This document shows, piece after piece, positions 1 to 9,105 of a DNA stretch of 64,000 nt. The notes beneath the pieces are model-generated. The model ran no database searches and was not told the DNA's origin. It worked only from the letters and a program-made list of their open reading frames with translations. This DNA comes from a virus (taxonomy: Duplodnaviria > Heunggongvirae > Uroviricota > Caudoviricetes). The translations under genes were made by a program, and so were the position numbers. The stretch covers positions 1 to 64,000 of IMG/VR virus record IMGVR_UViG_3300021426_000007; one strand, given 5' to 3'. Position 1 is the first letter of the stretch; each line of letters starts with the position of its first letter.

Positions 1-127
1 ACTGCCATGTCTTCGGTATAGAACCTAGGGTAGTCATCCATGTACATAGCCATCGCTACCCACTCCGGACCGAAGCCGTATTCCACCGGATTATCTCCAT
101 TGTGCTTTTCGTACAGCTTCAGATCTT
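1..127 (-). CDS. hypothetical protein, N-terminal fragment (gene continues past window start)
   Basis: ATG at 127-125 (MKDLKLYEKHNGDNP...), open reading frame runs off the 5' edge of the window. Confidence 0.35.
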
Positions 128-502
128 TCATTTGTCCACCTGCGTCATAAGCTTGATAAGGTTATCCTGCATCTTCTGGATCTCATCCCGCATGTCAATC
201 CAGCTACCAGAACGCTCATCATACTGGAGGCAGCCCCCGGGAACAAAGTAGCCTGGTGTATCATAGCCACCTTCCCTCTGTACATATTCAAAGTACTTCT
301 CCGCTCTATCCGGATCACGAATGAACATATAGGAGGCATGTTCAAACGCTTCGATTCCACCCTGACCTGTGCAGTTTTCAAAAGTGTAGGTAAACAACTC
401 CACGCCGTCGATGGATTTCATCTGCTCCTCATAAGCGAGGCATTCCTCTTCGTCTTCAAATTCTTCACCGTCATCCGCGATATAAATGTTTTTAATCTCC
501 AT
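128..502 (-). CDS. hypothetical protein (124 aa, acidic)
   Basis: ORF track; start overlaps stop of upstream helicase by 11 nt (operon packing). Confidence 0.5.
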   Translation of the reverse strand: MEIKNIYIADDGEEFEDEEECLAYEEQMKSIDGVELFTYTFENCTGQGGIEAFEHASYMFIRDPDRAEKYFEYVQREGGYDTPGYFVPGGCLQYDERSGSWIDMRDEIQKMQDNLIKLMTQVDK

Positions 503-1874
503 GCTTTATGTATCCTTTCAATGCATCCAATAAGCTCTTCTGGGTGGCGTCCTTACTTTGTAATGCTCTCAATACTTTTTCATCCAGTGTGTTCTCACAG
601 ATGATGTGATGGCAGATCACCGGATGTTCCTGCCCCTGCCTGTGCAGACGGCCTAAACTTTGCTGATACAATTCCAAGCTCCACGGCAGACCAAACCACA
701 CCATGATGTGTGACCCTTCCTGTAGATTGATCCCATACCCGGCTGAGGCTGGATGACAAAGAAGCATTGGTATCTCACCGTTGTTCCACTGCTCGATATC
801 CGCGCTGCCTTTCAACACTACTGCCTCCGGATGCCGTTTCAAAATCCGTTCCAGGTCGTGCTTGTAGGAATAGAACACCAGTAATGGCTGGCCCTGTGAA
901 GCCTCTACGATTTCGTCAAGTGCATCAAGCTTCTGATCGTGGAGCCAGAACACTCCTCCGCTGTCGTCGTAGACCGCTCCGTTTGCCATCTGTAACAACT
1001 TTCCGGAAAGTACTGCGGCGGTTTCTCCGATAACAGCGGAGTCCATGGTATCAATTGACCCCAGCTTGTTCTCGAGAAGAGGCAGGACTTCATCATTTTT
1101 AAACTGCTCATATACTTTTCTTTCTTTAGCTGTCATCCTCACCCTTACCTCATTAAAGGTAATAGGCGGCAGGCTCAGCCAATCTGCTTTACTCATTGAT
1201 AAACAGGTAGAGGAGAGACGAGAATCTATATTCGCTTTTGCTCCCGGCTTAAGTAGATACTCGTAAACGATGTGTCCCTTATGCGCACCCACATTAAAAT
1301 ACTTGCTACGATATTGGCCGATCGTTTTACCGAGCGCCTCTCCTCCATCTATTAGAAACATCTCAGCCCAAAGGTCCATGTACCCATTCGCCGCAGGGGT
1401 TCCTGTCAGACCCCAAACGTAATCGGATAACTTAATCACTGTACGAAGCCTCCGAAACCGCTTGGCTTGCGCAGACTTGAAGCTGGACAATTCATCTATA
1501 ATCACCAAGTCGAATGGCCATCTGCCGGACAGGCTTTCAACAAGCCATTGGACATTCTCCCGGTTTATGACATAGATATCTGCGTCTCGCTTGAGGGCGG
1601 CTGTTCGTTCTTTGGCAGAGCCTAAGACCTTTTCGATTCTCAGGCTTTGGAGGTGATCCCACTTAGCGCATTCTCTAGACCAAGTATCTTCTGCCACGCG
1701 TTTGGGAGCAATCACCAAAACCTTTTCGACTTTGAAATCGTCAAGCAATTCCTTTGCCACGGTCAGTGCTGTCACCGTTTTCCCGAGACCCATATCAAGG
1801 AACAGAGCACACCTTTTATGGGCCCGCAAGAAATCTAGGGCGATAGTCTGATGTGGTTTAGGCTCGAACTTCAT
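492..1874 (-). CDS. SNF2-family DNA helicase
   Basis: motif I LDMGLGKTVTAL, motif II-like VIIDELSSFK, motif III LTGTPAANGYMDLW, C-terminal helicase motifs (LHRQGQ). Confidence 0.85.
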   Translation of the reverse strand: MKFEPKPHQTIALDFLRAHKRCALFLDMGLGKTVTALTVAKELLDDFKVEKVLVIAPKRVAEDTWSRECAKWDHLQSLRIEKVLGSAKERTAALKRDADIYVINRENVQWLVESLSGRWPFDLVIIDELSSFKSAQAKRFRRLRTVIKLSDYVWGLTGTPAANGYMDLWAEMFLIDGGEALGKTIGQYRSKYFNVGAHKGHIVYEYLLKPGAKANIDSRLSSTCLSMSKADWLSLPPITFNEVRVRMTAKERKVYEQFKNDEVLPLLENKLGSIDTMDSAVIGETAAVLSGKLLQMANGAVYDDSGGVFWLHDQKLDALDEIVEASQGQPLLVFYSYKHDLERILKRHPEAVVLKGSADIEQWNNGEIPMLLCHPASAGYGINLQEGSHIMVWFGLPWSLELYQQSLGRLHRQGQEHPVICHHIICENTLDEKVLRALQSKDATQKSLLDALKGYIKHGD

Positions 1875-2124
1875 GCGCTACGATCTCTCTGTATCGGGCC
1901 TCGAGGTTTTCTTTTCTTGACTTCCGGTTCTCTTTCCGCTCCTCGCGCTTAGACCAGAAGGTGTGATCCTCACATCGTTGCAAAGCATCGCAATGATAGA
2001 CGAGACATTTGCGACGTTTCATTTGCTTCGGTGTTAGGTACAACCGATGCTTCCAACAAAAGGCACACACATTATTACTATCCGAATACCAGAACGTACG
2101 TTTCATAGTATCTTGCTCATCCAT
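1858..2124 (-). CDS. small Cys/His-rich protein (88 aa)
   Basis: ORF track; CxxC...CDALQRCEDH cluster; basic C-terminus. Confidence 0.4.
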   Translation of the reverse strand: MDEQDTMKRTFWYSDSNNVCAFCWKHRLYLTPKQMKRRKCLVYHCDALQRCEDHTFWSKREERKENRKSRKENLEARYREIVAHEVRA

Positions 2125-2483
2125 GGTTCTACTAGCTCCCTTCTTTTTTCTTGAGATATAAGCTTTATAGCCGGAAGGCCAAGACCTTTTCGTATAGACA
2201 TAACACGGGAAGCACTTCGCCCGATCTTCACAGCGATATCCGAATCCTGGAAAACATCGTCGTCCGCGTAGTGAGCGATAACCAGCTTGTCCATCCGGCT
2301 TAACCTCTTATCGTAATTCGCTTTATATTCGTTATCTTTTCTCTTGGGGAGAGGTTCGTCCGGTGATATAGCTTCAAGGCAGTTAAAGCATTCACCGTAC
2401 GGACAGCTCAAGCAATACTGGATTCGATCAATAGAGTCACCGTACTGATCTCGATTCTCGATCGCCTTTCCTTTAACCCCCAC
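2103..2483 (-). CDS. Zn-ribbon + HTH DNA-binding protein, paralog A
   Basis: CLSCPYGECFNCL zinc-ribbon-like motif followed by helix-turn-helix-like segment (SRVMSIRKGLGLPAIK); paralog of 2506..2874. Confidence 0.5.
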   Translation of the reverse strand: MGVKGKAIENRDQYGDSIDRIQYCLSCPYGECFNCLEAISPDEPLPKRKDNEYKANYDKRLSRMDKLVIAHYADDDVFQDSDIAVKIGRSASRVMSIRKGLGLPAIKLISQEKRRELVEPWMSKIL

Positions 2484-2505
2484 TTAATCATCTCCTCTGT
2501 CTCCC

Positions 2506-2874
2506 TCAACTGCCGTACAGCTTATCCATTCTTGCCTTTACTTCCGCCGCCATTTGCTTTCGTATGTCTGGAGGATTGCGTCGTAAAGGCGGAAGGCCGA
2601 GATTTAATCTCGCCTGAGTCACAGAGCCAACCCTGAATTTTGAATGACTTGCCATGTCCTTATCATCAACCGACGTTGCATAGTACTGGAGTACTAACTG
2701 CTCCACCGGAGATATGCCTTTCTTCGGTCGGCCACCGTGGGTCCGTCTCATCGTCCTCTTACCACTCGGAGTTCCATGCTTGCTCCTAACGTCAAGGCAA
2801 TTCACGCATTTAGGGAGCGGACAGTTCAGACACATGTTGATCATCTCGGTATTATCGCCAACAATAAATGCCAT
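2506..2874 (-). CDS. Zn-ribbon + HTH DNA-binding protein, paralog B
   Basis: CLNCPLPKCVNCL motif and VTQARLNLGLPPL segment; same architecture as 2103..2483. Confidence 0.5.
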   Translation of the reverse strand: MAFIVGDNTEMINMCLNCPLPKCVNCLDVRSKHGTPSGKRTMRRTHGGRPKKGISPVEQLVLQYYATSVDDKDMASHSKFRVGSVTQARLNLGLPPLRRNPPDIRKQMAAEVKARMDKLYGS

Positions 2875-3047
2875 TTAATATTCTCCCATTACCTTATAAT
2901 CCTTCATCGCATACAACAGACAAAGATCGGAGCAATAATAAACATTGTTATCCATCTCATAATAATCATCGTAGGACCAGATCTCCTGGCCACATACGTC
3001 GCAGTGCCCTACCAGATAGGGGCCTTCCGGATCTATTGTCATAGTTG

Positions 3048-5012
3048 TCAATCCTTTCTATAACTGGAACAGTAGTAGCCATCCGCATTGAGCGGGAGTC
3101 CTTCCATCCACGGAGCACCTTTGCACATAAGCTGGATAGCTTCTTCCAGAGTTCCATGGTCAAAGGGATCCGTGATAATAACTTCATCGTGAACCGTGGC
3201 CCGGACATCGTATCCGGCTTTGTCCAGATTAAAGAGTGCTTCTTTGAGGCAGTCTCTTGCGGTTGCCTGGATGAGATTTTCTGTCAGCTTCCCGCCGAAT
3301 GTCTCTGTACGCTCCCACTTACGTGTCGTCTGGTTCATACTCATGTAGGTCATCGACGGACGGCCCCATCTGTCCTGGCCCATAGCCGCGCCCCAATAGG
3401 CAATCCGTCTTCCGGAAGGAAGAGACATCCACATCACTCCATCCTCCAAGTCAAAACGGATATGGCCTACTGTCGAGATCGTAGGCTTACCTCTCTTGAT
3501 ACACCTAATAGCTGCATCCTCCAGAGACTTCCACAAAGCTACGATGTGAGGGGAGGCCTCTCTCCACTTAGCTACCAGGTCGGACATCTCATCTTCCTTC
3601 ATGCCCATCTTGTCAGCGCCGAAGTTCTTCATTGCACCGACACCCCCGCCATATCCGCAGGCGAGTTCGATGATCTTTCCTTTCGCTCTGAGCTCTCCGT
3701 TCACACCGTGCTTCACGACTGGAACTTTAAAGGCTCGGCTGGCAGATGCGCAGTAGATATCCTCGCCCTCGGAGAAAGCTTTGATTCGCCACTCCTCATT
3801 AGCTATCCACGCAATAACTCGCGCTTCTATTGCGGAGAAGTCTGCCACGATCAAGCGACTGTTTTCCTCGGGTATAATCATCGTCCTAATCAATGCCGAC
3901 AAAGCCGTTTGTACTCTAGGGTAGAAGCATTCGAAGTCTTCTTCGTCTCCGAGTAAAGCCAAATCCCTGGCCTCGTCCAGATCTGGAAGAGAATCATGGG
4001 GGAGGTTCTGCAACTGTACTAACCGCCCAGCCCAGCGTCCGGTCGAAGCACCATAGAATTGAAAAGTTCCACGGACATGATCGTCCTTGCAGCAGGAGCG
4101 GAGGAAAGCTTCGTACTTTTTATTAGAGCTCTTGGAAAACTCCTCTCTCAGCTTGAGTACTTCCTTAGTCTGGTCTTCAGATAGGGACGCATACACATCA
4201 GCAATGGCTTTCTTATTTAAGGATAGAACTTCTATGCCTTCCTGTTCTTCCAGCCACGTTTTGATCTGCGCAGTGGAGTTAGGGTTATCCAGTCCGGTCA
4301 GTTGTTTGCAATGTTCAATCAACTCACCCCGGTACTGGTTGCCGATCTTGATAGCGTTCTCGGCCAGCCGCGGTTCGATACGGACACCCTTGTCGTTCAT
4401 CCGCTGATCGAGACACCAGAGCTTTTGTTCCGAGAAATCCGGCCTCCACTTCAGCAAACGCTGGCGGATCGTATTCTCTGTCTCCACGTCCCTCCGGTTA
4501 TACTCAATGAATGTAGCCCACTTCTCCGGAGCATCCTCCGGTCGATTCCGTGTTCTCCCACCATTAGCTTTAGTAGGCTTGCACGGCTGACAGAAGTACC
4601 GGATAAGCTCTTTGCCTTCCTTCATCTTCGCTTTGTCTTCCGGCAGCTCCAGTGCTGCACCGACACTTGTAAGAGAGAGGGGAAGACCACAGGATGCGGA
4701 GAGAATCATGGTACAACTCCATTGCTCCGGTTCGCAGTACCGACCGAACCACTTAGTCAGACATGTCCGTTCGAAGGCTGCGTTGAAGGCAGTCTTCTCG
4801 ACAGTAGGATCGTAAAGCCAATCAACTATCTCAGTAGGGACTCCATCATTCCTGGTCATATCAATCACTGTGACAGGACCATAGTCACAGGAGTAAGCAA
4901 AGAGCAGGATCTCAAAGTCATCAGACTCGACGTAACGATGTGCACCACACTTGCCAATATCCACAGACGAATAAGTTTCCAAATCGCAACTGAGTGTCCG
5001 TGGCTTATTCAT
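3048..5012 (-). CDS. DNA polymerase, family A (PolI/T7-like) with 3'-5' exonuclease domain
   Basis: N-terminal exo motif SCDLETYS; polymerase motifs KGKIIELACGYGGGVGAMKNFG (motif B-like) and VHDEVII (motif C HDE). Confidence 0.9.
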   Translation of the reverse strand: MNKPRTLSCDLETYSSVDIGKCGAHRYVESDDFEILLFAYSCDYGPVTVIDMTRNDGVPTEIVDWLYDPTVEKTAFNAAFERTCLTKWFGRYCEPEQWSCTMILSASCGLPLSLTSVGAALELPEDKAKMKEGKELIRYFCQPCKPTKANGGRTRNRPEDAPEKWATFIEYNRRDVETENTIRQRLLKWRPDFSEQKLWCLDQRMNDKGVRIEPRLAENAIKIGNQYRGELIEHCKQLTGLDNPNSTAQIKTWLEEQEGIEVLSLNKKAIADVYASLSEDQTKEVLKLREEFSKSSNKKYEAFLRSCCKDDHVRGTFQFYGASTGRWAGRLVQLQNLPHDSLPDLDEARDLALLGDEEDFECFYPRVQTALSALIRTMIIPEENSRLIVADFSAIEARVIAWIANEEWRIKAFSEGEDIYCASASRAFKVPVVKHGVNGELRAKGKIIELACGYGGGVGAMKNFGADKMGMKEDEMSDLVAKWREASPHIVALWKSLEDAAIRCIKRGKPTISTVGHIRFDLEDGVMWMSLPSGRRIAYWGAAMGQDRWGRPSMTYMSMNQTTRKWERTETFGGKLTENLIQATARDCLKEALFNLDKAGYDVRATVHDEVIITDPFDHGTLEEAIQLMCKGAPWMEGLPLNADGYYCSSYRKD

Positions 5013-5311
5013 ATGGCCTCTGCTTTCTCGAACACCTTCAGCATCTTAGGGAATTGCATTGCATACCAATCAATGCCTTGCTCGCAATGACCGTAGGTCG
5101 AGTGGTACATGTTCTGTGCCAGACCAGATTCATAAAGGAAAGCATGGATGATTTCATGACGCTTAACCTCTTTGAGATAAGCGTCGTAATTCTTCAGGTC
5201 ATCAATCTCTCCGAAAGAATCATCCGGAATATATATCGTCTTAGTACTACGGTCTGTATAACCATCAACAGATTCAAACATCGGATCGTCTGCTCTGGAG
5301 AGGATCTTCAT
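5009..5311 (-). CDS. SprT-like zinc metallopeptidase-domain protein
   Basis: HEIIHAFLYESGLAQNMYHSTYGH (HExxH + downstream His). Start taken at internal ATG 5311 because the 5431 TTG extension is antisense to the next gene. Confidence 0.4.
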   Translation of the reverse strand: MKILSRADDPMFESVDGYTDRSTKTIYIPDDSFGEIDDLKNYDAYLKEVKRHEIIHAFLYESGLAQNMYHSTYGHCEQGIDWYAMQFPKMLKVFEKAEAI

Positions 5312-5333
5312 CTTCCATCGGCTACCCAGTATA

Positions 5334-5519
5334 TTAAGATTGTAAGTCTTCAAGTTCTTCTTCCTCCACGTCGAAGCTGATATAGTATTCGATCTGCGCC
5401 CCGCAATTAGCACAGTGGCAGAAGTGCACAAGACCTTCTCCCTCCATGCCTACATCAGAGAAATCAAAGTCGCTGTCCCAGATAACTGCGCGGGCTAAGC
5501 AATGAAAGCATTCATACAT
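5334..5519 (-). CDS. small zinc-ribbon protein (61 aa)
   Basis: CFHC...CHCANC four-Cys arrangement. Confidence 0.4.
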   Translation of the reverse strand: MYECFHCLARAVIWDSDFDFSDVGMEGEGLVHFCHCANCGAQIEYYISFDVEEEELEDLQS

Positions 5520-5521
5520 TC

Positions 5522-5680
5522 CTATATCTTTTCCTCCGGATGAGTTCTGAGATAGTACTCGACAGCTTTGGTTTCATCCATCTTCCTAGGAATCATAACG
5601 ATGTTGAATTTCTTATACTGTTTCTGCCTCCACTCGTTCTTCCGTTGGGCATCACGATCTCTGTACTTCTTTTTCATTTC
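5522..5680 (-). CDS. small basic protein (about 53 aa)
   Basis: ORF track 5522..5731; internal ATG at 5680 preferred because the upstream part overlaps tRNA-Leu. Confidence 0.3.
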   Translation of the reverse strand, partial: EMKKKYRDRDAQRKNEWRQKQYKKFNIVMIPRKMDETKAVEYYLRTHPEEKI

Positions 5681-5704
5681 ATCCCTACCTTTTAAATAGA
5701 GTAA

Positions 5705-5786
5705 TGCCGGAGAGGGGACTCGAACCCCCACGGATTTCTCCTTCAGATTTTAAGTCTGACGCGCCTGCCAATTACGCCACTCCGGC
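5705..5786 (-). tRNA. tRNA-Leu (anticodon TAA), long variable arm
   Basis: Manual fold of the reverse complement: acceptor GCCGGAG/CTCCGGC, anticodon stem-loop TCAGA-CTTAAAA-TCTGA, T-loop GGTTCGAGTCC, extended variable arm. Confidence 0.75.
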
Positions 5787-5976
5787 TTGTGCGCTTGCCG
5801 CTTAGATTGTCACTCCGTTCAACTCTACGGTTGCGTCCAATCCAGGGTTGGTTACCATCTACCACCATTACGTTGTCCCCATATCGCCGGACCTACCTGG
5901 CAGTTTTCAGCGACCATTATCATTCTCTGTGAGGTGCTGCGCTAACGCTCACATCATCCGGGCGCGACCCGGCCTC

Positions 5977-6071
5977 TGGCGGAGTGACTGAGACTCGAAC
6001 TCAGACACGGATGTTCCTCCGTTACTCCTCGATTAGCAATCGAGTGCCTTACCAATTAGGCTTACCACTCC
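5977..6071 (-). tRNA. tRNA-Ser (anticodon GCT), long variable arm
   Basis: Manual fold: anticodon stem-loop CTCGA-TTGCTAA-TCGAG, T-arm CTGAG-TTCGAGT-CTCAG, 3' CCA encoded. Confidence 0.7.
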
Positions 6072-6078
6072 ATATAAA

Positions 6079-6152
6079 TGCTGTCGGTTGGACTCGAACC
6101 AACGATCGCCCGATTATAAGTCAGGAGCTCAAACCATCTGAGCTGCGACAGC
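6079..6152 (-). tRNA. tRNA with anticodon TAT (Ile, AUA-reading)
   Basis: Canonical cloverleaf: acceptor GCTGTCG/CGACAGC, D GCTC/GAGC, anticodon stem CCTGA/TCGGG loop CTTATAA, T GTTGG-TTCGAGT-CCAAC. Confidence 0.7.
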
Positions 6153-6449
6153 ATGTAATACTCCGGGGAAGACTCGACTCGTTCCACTGCCGCCAGAAGC
6201 GACTACTCTACCATTTAAGCTACCGGAGTATACGTGTGTGGGATTTCGGACATACCTTCACCCACGCGGCTTTGTTGTTTCATCCCGCGACTCTACTGGG
6301 AGCCAGCTGCCATGGGGCCGAAAGGAGGTGGGGGTTCGCGTACCCACCAGCGAAAAGAACAGAGCCAGTTATTACTTCTCGCTACCATGATTACCAAAAA
6401 TACCTGACTGCCATTGGACTTCGCGACAAGTCCGGCGATGACACATAAA

Positions 6450-6521
6450 CAGAGCCGACAGGATTCGAACCTGTGATGGAGGAGTCAAAGTCCTCTGTGT
6501 TACCGACTACACCACGGCTCT
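6450..6521 (-). tRNA. tRNA-Gln (anticodon TTG)
   Basis: Acceptor AGAGCCG/CGGCTCT, anticodon stem GAGGA/TCCTC loop CTTTGAC, T-arm ACAGG-TTCGAAT-CCTGT. Confidence 0.7.
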
Positions 6522-6526
6522 AGATA

Positions 6527-6545
6527 CGGGTGGGATATCCCACCC
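6527..6545 (-). terminator. hairpin GGGTGGGATATCCCACCC downstream of gene 6553..6798
   Basis: Perfect 7-bp stem inverted repeat between gene end and tRNA cluster. Confidence 0.4.
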
Positions 6546-6552
6546 ATGGAGC

Positions 6553-6798
6553 TTAGATATCGATGACTACATTCTCGAACTTCTTATATGCGTCGAGGTA
6601 CGCTCTGTGCTTATCCCCATCGTAAGTAAGCTCGTAGTACATACCATCGTGAAGATCAGTACTCAATAAGTACTTGTAGTTCTGTAGAACCTTGCACTTC
6701 CACACGATGTAGACATGGTAGTACGGAGCTGGATCCGATGCGTCAAGATGCTTATCCACATACTCCCGGACAATCAGCTTTGCTTCAAAATCATTCAT
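6553..6798 (-). CDS. hypothetical protein (81 aa)
   Basis: ORF track; 4-nt overlap with upstream gene. Confidence 0.5.
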   Translation of the reverse strand: MNDFEAKLIVREYVDKHLDASDPAPYYHVYIVWKCKVLQNYKYLLSTDLHDGMYYELTYDGDKHRAYLDAYKKFENVVIDI

Positions 6799-7376
6799 TC
6801 GAGATCACCGAAGGACGCATCAGCAGACTGAGCAGCACCACCAAGAGACTCGCCATCCCTGGTCTTAATCACATTACCAAGGCTGACACCGATGCCCTTG
6901 TTCCCATTCTTGTTATACGGGAAGAAGTTCAGACACACTGCGCCATAGCAGCCGGAATAGAACTTCTCCTCATCAGCCGGATACATCAGGCTGTCCTCCA
7001 GGTACATAACCTTCGGGGCATAGGTGTTGCTTGCGTTGAGGAACATTGAATCCTCATAGGCCGGATCACCTTCACGGTCGATGTCGCCATCGTGCAGAGG
7101 GTTCTTAAACTTCGGAGGAAGTTTATTTGCTGGCCAGAATCCCTTCTCAACACCCTTTGCAATGGCAGCATCAATACCAGCATTGACAAGCTTGAGGGAC
7201 TCTTTGTTATCGTTAGGAATGATAATCGAGGCGGAGTACTTTGCTACCTCGCTACCTTCCTGCTGATACGGTTCGAAGACTCTGGCAAAAGAAAACCGGA
7301 TCTCACCGATTCTGATCTGCGTACCGTCCGCATTAAATACTTTGTTGTAGTTCATAATGTTTAATACCTCATACAA
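6795..7376 (-). CDS. putative ssDNA-binding protein (DUF2815-like)
   Basis: IRFSFARVFEP-type motif and its position next to the PD-(D/E)xK exonuclease, the typical phage DUF2815/DUF2800 pairing. Confidence 0.45.
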   Translation of the reverse strand: MYEVLNIMNYNKVFNADGTQIRIGEIRFSFARVFEPYQQEGSEVAKYSASIIIPNDNKESLKLVNAGIDAAIAKGVEKGFWPANKLPPKFKNPLHDGDIDREGDPAYEDSMFLNASNTYAPKVMYLEDSLMYPADEEKFYSGCYGAVCLNFFPYNKNGNKGIGVSLGNVIKTRDGESLGGAAQSADASFGDLE

Positions 7377-7378
7377 AT

Positions 7379-8593
7379 TCAGTCATCTTGTTTAGAATTA
7401 TTGACGTTATCTATATCAGCGGAGTCCTCTACTAGATCTCCGAATGACAGTTCAGCGGGTGAGTACTCTTCTCTCTTGTCCGACTCTGGTACTAGCGAAA
7501 GCGAACCCTCACCCTGGAAGACGAACTTTCCAACCAGCGCATCGAACGCTGACTTCTTTAGTGTCTTCTCCAATTCTGCTACGCTCTTCAACTTCGGAGC
7601 AGTGAAGTACTGCTCCTCTGTGTACCCTGCCCTTGAAAGCTGATTGATTACTTCCTCTTCGTTCCGCCACACTCGGCCAGGGCGCTTACCTCTTACCAGT
7701 TTGTATCCTCTCCATCGCTCTCCATCCATGGCTCTGGAGTACACATAGGCCTTAACATTTTTTATCCAGTCCTCAGCTTGGTCTAGGTAGGGGAGCATGT
7801 CGTTTATTCGATCATCGGATATCACATCCGGTGAGTCGAACATGTTCTCCAGTACCTTCAGAGAGGTGAGAACATTCTCTCGGCAGATAGCTTTGACATT
7901 ACAGAACCTGCACCAGTCTCCGCTGTGGAACTCTCCCTCACCCTTCCATGCTAGCTGAGCGGCTGGCTTTATAACCTCATTCGCCCAGCAGAGCAGGTCC
8001 TCGATCTGAAGAATCTCCTCCGTAATGGAATCCAGGCGTGGCTGAATGATTACCTCTTTGACCTGACGGATATCATACAGATCCCGCACGGCAGCATACG
8101 CACCAAGCGCATAGAGCCTAGCCTGGTAGTTCTCTACTGCCGAAACAGGTACGCCCTTGCCATGTTTATAGTCTAGTACGATCAATCCGCCTTCGAACAC
8201 GATCATGGCATCCGATGTACCGAAGCACTCTGGCACCCACTCCGACATATCCAGTCGTTGCTCGATATAAAGCTGGGCTGAGGGATCAATCTTCCTTGCC
8301 GCGAACAGTTCCGTAAGAACAACATCGACATAATCGTCTGTCGCCCTGTCCATCTCACTTGGAATATCGCCGAGAGCTTTGAGCTGTTCCTTGTAGTTGA
8401 AGTCATTAATCTCTCCGTTCTCATGACGGAGTTTTAACTCTGCAACAGAATGGGCGAGGGTACCTTCTGTGGCATACTCAGAACCCTTGTCTCCAAACAG
8501 AGCACTGTACTTCTGATTCAACCTGCCGGATGGAGTACAGGCCACCCACCTTTTAGCTGCGGAAGGGGGGAGTGGCGCATGCTGGGATGGCAT
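7379..8593 (-). CDS. PD-(D/E)xK nuclease, Cas4/RecB-like phage exonuclease (DUF2800-like)
   Basis: D..E-GGLIVLDYKHGKG nuclease core and C-terminal CRFCNVKAIC cysteine cluster. Confidence 0.65.
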   Translation of the reverse strand: MPSQHAPLPPSAAKRWVACTPSGRLNQKYSALFGDKGSEYATEGTLAHSVAELKLRHENGEINDFNYKEQLKALGDIPSEMDRATDDYVDVVLTELFAARKIDPSAQLYIEQRLDMSEWVPECFGTSDAMIVFEGGLIVLDYKHGKGVPVSAVENYQARLYALGAYAAVRDLYDIRQVKEVIIQPRLDSITEEILQIEDLLCWANEVIKPAAQLAWKGEGEFHSGDWCRFCNVKAICRENVLTSLKVLENMFDSPDVISDDRINDMLPYLDQAEDWIKNVKAYVYSRAMDGERWRGYKLVRGKRPGRVWRNEEEVINQLSRAGYTEEQYFTAPKLKSVAELEKTLKKSAFDALVGKFVFQGEGSLSLVPESDKREEYSPAELSFGDLVEDSADIDNVNNSKQDD

Positions 8594-9090
8594 TATCCAA
8601 GCTCCTTCAGCTTCTGCATAACCTCGCCGTATCTGCTGGCAGGGATAGCGGAGAATCCATCGACATCAAAGTTCTCTTTAATCCATTCCTTCGCGGAAGA
8701 GATCTTCCCATCCATCCGAGCTTTTTGAATAGCCTTCTTTACGTCAGCCATCTCATACTTGGATTCCTCCACTTTTGTTTCCTCTTCCACCACTGGGGCG
8801 GGATCCTGCACCACGGACTCCGGTTCCTCGAACTTCTCATCCTCAGCTACTGGAGGGTTGAACTGCACGATCTCTGTGGGCTGGGTTATAATGGACGTTA
8901 CGTCCTCACCGAGCACACCCTGTATCTCTGCGATAACATTAGCGAAGTAGAGGAACCGCTCGATGCTCATAAGAAGTGTTCCGTATTCATTCGACCGAGG
9001 ATCCGTCTCCGGAATAAGATGAATGAGACGTTCGAACTCAGCCATGTTGAACTTCGTCGCTCTGATTTGTTCTACCTGTTCTTGATCCAT
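8593..9090 (-). CDS. hypothetical protein (165 aa, acidic)
   Basis: ORF track; start codon overlaps stop of the upstream gene. Confidence 0.5.
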   Translation of the reverse strand: MDQEQVEQIRATKFNMAEFERLIHLIPETDPRSNEYGTLLMSIERFLYFANVIAEIQGVLGEDVTSIITQPTEIVQFNPPVAEDEKFEEPESVVQDPAPVVEEETKVEESKYEMADVKKAIQKARMDGKISSAKEWIKENFDVDGFSAIPASRYGEVMQKLKELG

Positions 9091-9105
9091 ATCTTTTCTC
9101 CTAAA

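Noticed and set aside
3045-5090. Plus-strand ORFs 3045..3956 (303 aa), 4087..4407 and 4302..5090 overlapping the DNA polymerase gene
   Set aside because: They are antisense to a gene with unmistakable family A polymerase motifs. They lack RBSs and have implausible composition.
5787-5976. Additional tRNA between tRNA-Leu and tRNA-Ser
   Set aside because: No T-loop (TCGAA) signature or acceptor complementarity could be folded by eye. It is left as an unassigned spacer or possible small RNA.
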